Shown here: piece after piece, positions 61,209 to 64,000 of the stretch
How the letters are laid out: every line of letters starts with the position of its first letter
Position numbering within the stretch: position 1 is the stretch's first letter
Assembly (NCBI GenBank): GCA_965203465.1
Contig: CBDBCR010000001.1
Span: forward strand, 1-64,000
Source of the DNA: Nitrosopumilaceae archaeon
Lineage (GTDB): Archaea > Thermoproteota > Nitrososphaeria > Nitrososphaerales > Nitrosopumilaceae
Length of the DNA: 64,000 bases
Direction of reading: 5' to 3'
The notes under the pieces: generated by a model
Database searches by the model: none
The model's input: the letters and a program-made list of their open reading frames with translations, nothing else
What the model was told of the DNA's origin: nothing
Position numbers and translations under genes: made by a program

Positions 61209-64000
61209 TTGCCGATCTCCTCGAAGAACGGCATCGCCGCTTTGCGCACCTCGCCGTAGAACCGTTTGAGCGTCCTGTTGTCTGACCAGTCGGCAGTCTC
61301 TGCGTCGCGTAGCGAGGGATCCTCGTCAAACTTGAACGAGTCCAGCACGGTCTGGTATTCGTCTTTGGAGAGGCCGTAGGCGTGCGCTACGAGCGCGTCC
61401 AGCCGAGCGGTGGCGTCTATGCGGGTTGCGGGAGACAGCGGTTCTGGTTTGAGGCCGAACGAGTCGCCAAACGATTCAAAAGACCTCCCCCCCCCCCCCC
61501 CCGGCTGGCAACGCCAGAGTCAAAACGGCCGCCATGGTTGTTATTTCTTGGTCATGTTTTGAGGGGTTTGGGGCGAACAGGTGCTTGAATATAGTAGATG
61601 CGTCCATTTGGATTTTTGCCCGTGCAATAAAATCAAACGTCATGGAGTTGAGCACTCCTGTCAAGTACGCAAGTTTGTGGTGGTATAGGTCGCCAAACGC
61701 TACTTGGTGGTTCCGAGTCAATATGATGCTACGTAATGCGGTTGTGTGAAATGTGTGCGGCGGTATAATCGATGAGAGCATAGTTCTCATGTCAGTGGAA
61801 CGGGCTATGTTACGAAATACTATCATAAACGATTCATGGAAATCACTACAATGCCCTATATATAGTTTTTTCTTTTCTAGCCTATTCAAGCCGGCAGATT
61901 TGTTTGCGGTAAAATCAGGAGTTCTAAAAGCGGAATTGAACTGGTGCATGTCCTTCCCTTTCATTACGGGCCAATCTTTACCATCTTCCTTGAACAGATC
62001 AGAATCATTGGAGGCGTCGAAACAACGGGAAATTGATATTTGCCATCCATCACTTGAAACTGATCCAAATGTTGGACATTCTGACAGTTTTGTAAGTAGT
62101 GCGTATGCTTTTGTAGAAACTTCCGGTATGGCCAAATCTATGGGTGAAATTTTGTTTATAGAATTTTTAGAGCAGATCGTAAATTTGTTGTTTTCGGTAG
62201 ATTTGTCTTTTAGAGAAGATAGGTCGTGTAGATAGAACGCCGCGGGAAATTGATCTGATCCAGATCGATTTCGTACAGTAAGTAATGCAAATCTGTAGCT
62301 TGAGTGAATGTCAAATATTTTTTTCTTGTTTTCAAACACATACACCTGCATAACATCCATATCAAGTAGTCGCCTGCGCATATCTACAGATCCCGCGTTT
62401 GAAAGAATTTGGGATGGCAATAACACAGAGATTATTCCGTCGTCTGAAACTAGATTTAGCATGCGCTCCAACACTAGTTGCCATAAATCTTTGTCACCGG
62501 GGCCCTGTAGTTCGTAAGTCTTGTAAAAGTAGGCTTTGTCTTTAAACGACTCGATATACGCTTCATGCGATCTGTGTAGGTTAGAATCTTGGAGTAGCTC
62601 TTTGACTCTCTTTTGTTTTTTGGTATTAGGTGTCAAATAATTAAAATTGTGATCATGTGGCGTAAAAAATTCGTCAATTGACGGCTTTGATTTTTCCCAC
62701 GGAGGGTTACCCACCACAAGATCAAATCCATGCCGTGAATCAGTGAAAGCATCCATCATCTCCAGCTCCCAATGGAAAAATGAATGTTGTTCTGCCAGTT
62801 TTACTATCCGCTGTTTGGCTACGACGATCGCCTCATCTGTTGAAGGTCTGGTCAGTCTAGAGATGAACTCTATTTTTCCCTTTTTCGGAAAAACGGATGG
62901 ATCTATACGCGAAGCGGTCAGCGCATCCAATGCCTCTTGATGTATTCTAACTTGTTCCTTGTATTCTGTGTATTCCGTGCGGCTCGCACGGGCCTGTTTT
63001 ATTGTAACATCAGGACTGTAGCTTACTCGAGCTAGAGTGCTACCGTGTTCTGTAGGATCTGGCAACCACTCGTCAAGCGAGTGGGTTTGTGGATCTCTCA
63101 TACAAACCATCCATTCGCCAATAGTTGAATCTCCCTGTTTGATATGGTGATCTAGATAGGTCAACGGCACCCCAATTGCGAACGAGTCTAGCCAGAGAGA
63201 CAACCGCGCTAGGTCTACTGCGAGGGGGTTTAGATCCACGCCGAATATACACCGCTTCATGACTCTACGTTTGAGTAACACATCAGCGGTCAACAGGTTT
63301 TCGTCGATCGTGATATTCTTGTCTGCTTGCGCACGTACGACAGCCTGTCTGTCTGCTTCGATCTCTGCCACAAGTGGATGATCGGGGTGCGAGTTGAGCA
63401 TCTCGGTGGCCCATTGCGTTATCTGGTTCAGCGCTTCGACCAAAAAGTGGCCCGAGCCCATCGCCGGATCGAGCACCTGTAGATCGAGTAGCCGGTCTAT
63501 GCAGGCAAAGTAGTTTTTGTTGGACGGATCAGCTTTGTGTTTTTCAATGTCGCCGGCGACCAAGCGTCGGCGCTTTGCGAGTAGCGGTTCCAAGCCCCGC
63601 CTGACCAAGAAAGAGACTATTTCTGTCGGCGTATAAAAGCTGGCCGACATCTTACGCGAGGCGATTCCTCTGCCGGATACCAGATACAAGTCGTTTTTCT
63701 TGTACGAGTAGGTCGATTCTTCCTTTGATTCTACTTCTCGCACGCCATTCTCGTCCTCTAACAACATAATGTCCCTATCAGCTTGTCTTATGTCGAATTC
63801 CAATAGCGCCTCGTATATGTTGCCCAAGTGCCGGACGCCCAAGTCCCCATAGTCTACCGGCAACCCGTCTGTCTCCGACAGCGACCGCAGCGCCCGCGCC
63901 ATGAACCGGTTGCGTACGCGGCCCGCATCGAGCCGCTTCTGAAACAGGTCGCCGGCGTACTGCGGCAGGTTGTGCTCCGGGCTGCCGTCCCTAATGCCGT
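61205..64000 (-). CDS. Type IIG/Eco57I-like N6-adenine methyltransferase (5' partial; frameshifted at G16)
   Basis: SFYTP, LDPAMGSGHFL, GVDLN, GNPPW; C-terminal LDALVAHAYGL frame ends at TGA overlapping helicase ATG. Confidence 0.9.
61487..61502 (-). repeat. Poly-G16 tract within the methyltransferase gene
   Basis: 16 consecutive C on the + strand; longest homopolymer noticed in the window. Confidence 0.95.

Overview
High-GC archaeal chromosome segment. Gene content points to Nitrososphaerota (Nitrosopumilaceae, Cenarchaeum-like, possibly host-associated; this is inference): GatDE, aIF2 alpha/gamma, S6e, Nop10, Lsm, PriSL, AglB, bacterial-type MetK, DnaK/J/GrpE and a cbi/cob cobalamin cluster. 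The backbone is compact housekeeping DNA with SRP RNA, tRNA-Leu(CAG) and tRNA-Gln(TTG). Small accessory patches interrupt it: two tandem Panacea/YwgA-like genes (one split by an IS630), HicBA, an MNT-like/HEPN pair, a VapBC-like pair, three tandem AbrB-PIN units (one toxin split by a 78-bp MITE), a frameshifted serpin and a low-GC secreted repeat protein. The right end holds a type IIG-like N6-adenine methyltransferase translationally coupled to a PLD-SNF2 helicase. The methyltransferase carries a G16 tract one base out of frame at the edge of an AT-rich specificity region. This candidate phase-variable archaeal restriction/defence system is the most notable item. Caveat: several single-base frameshifts, including two in cdc48, suggest uncorrected indel errors, so every frameshift claim needs checking against reads. 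All product calls come from motif recognition, not database searches.
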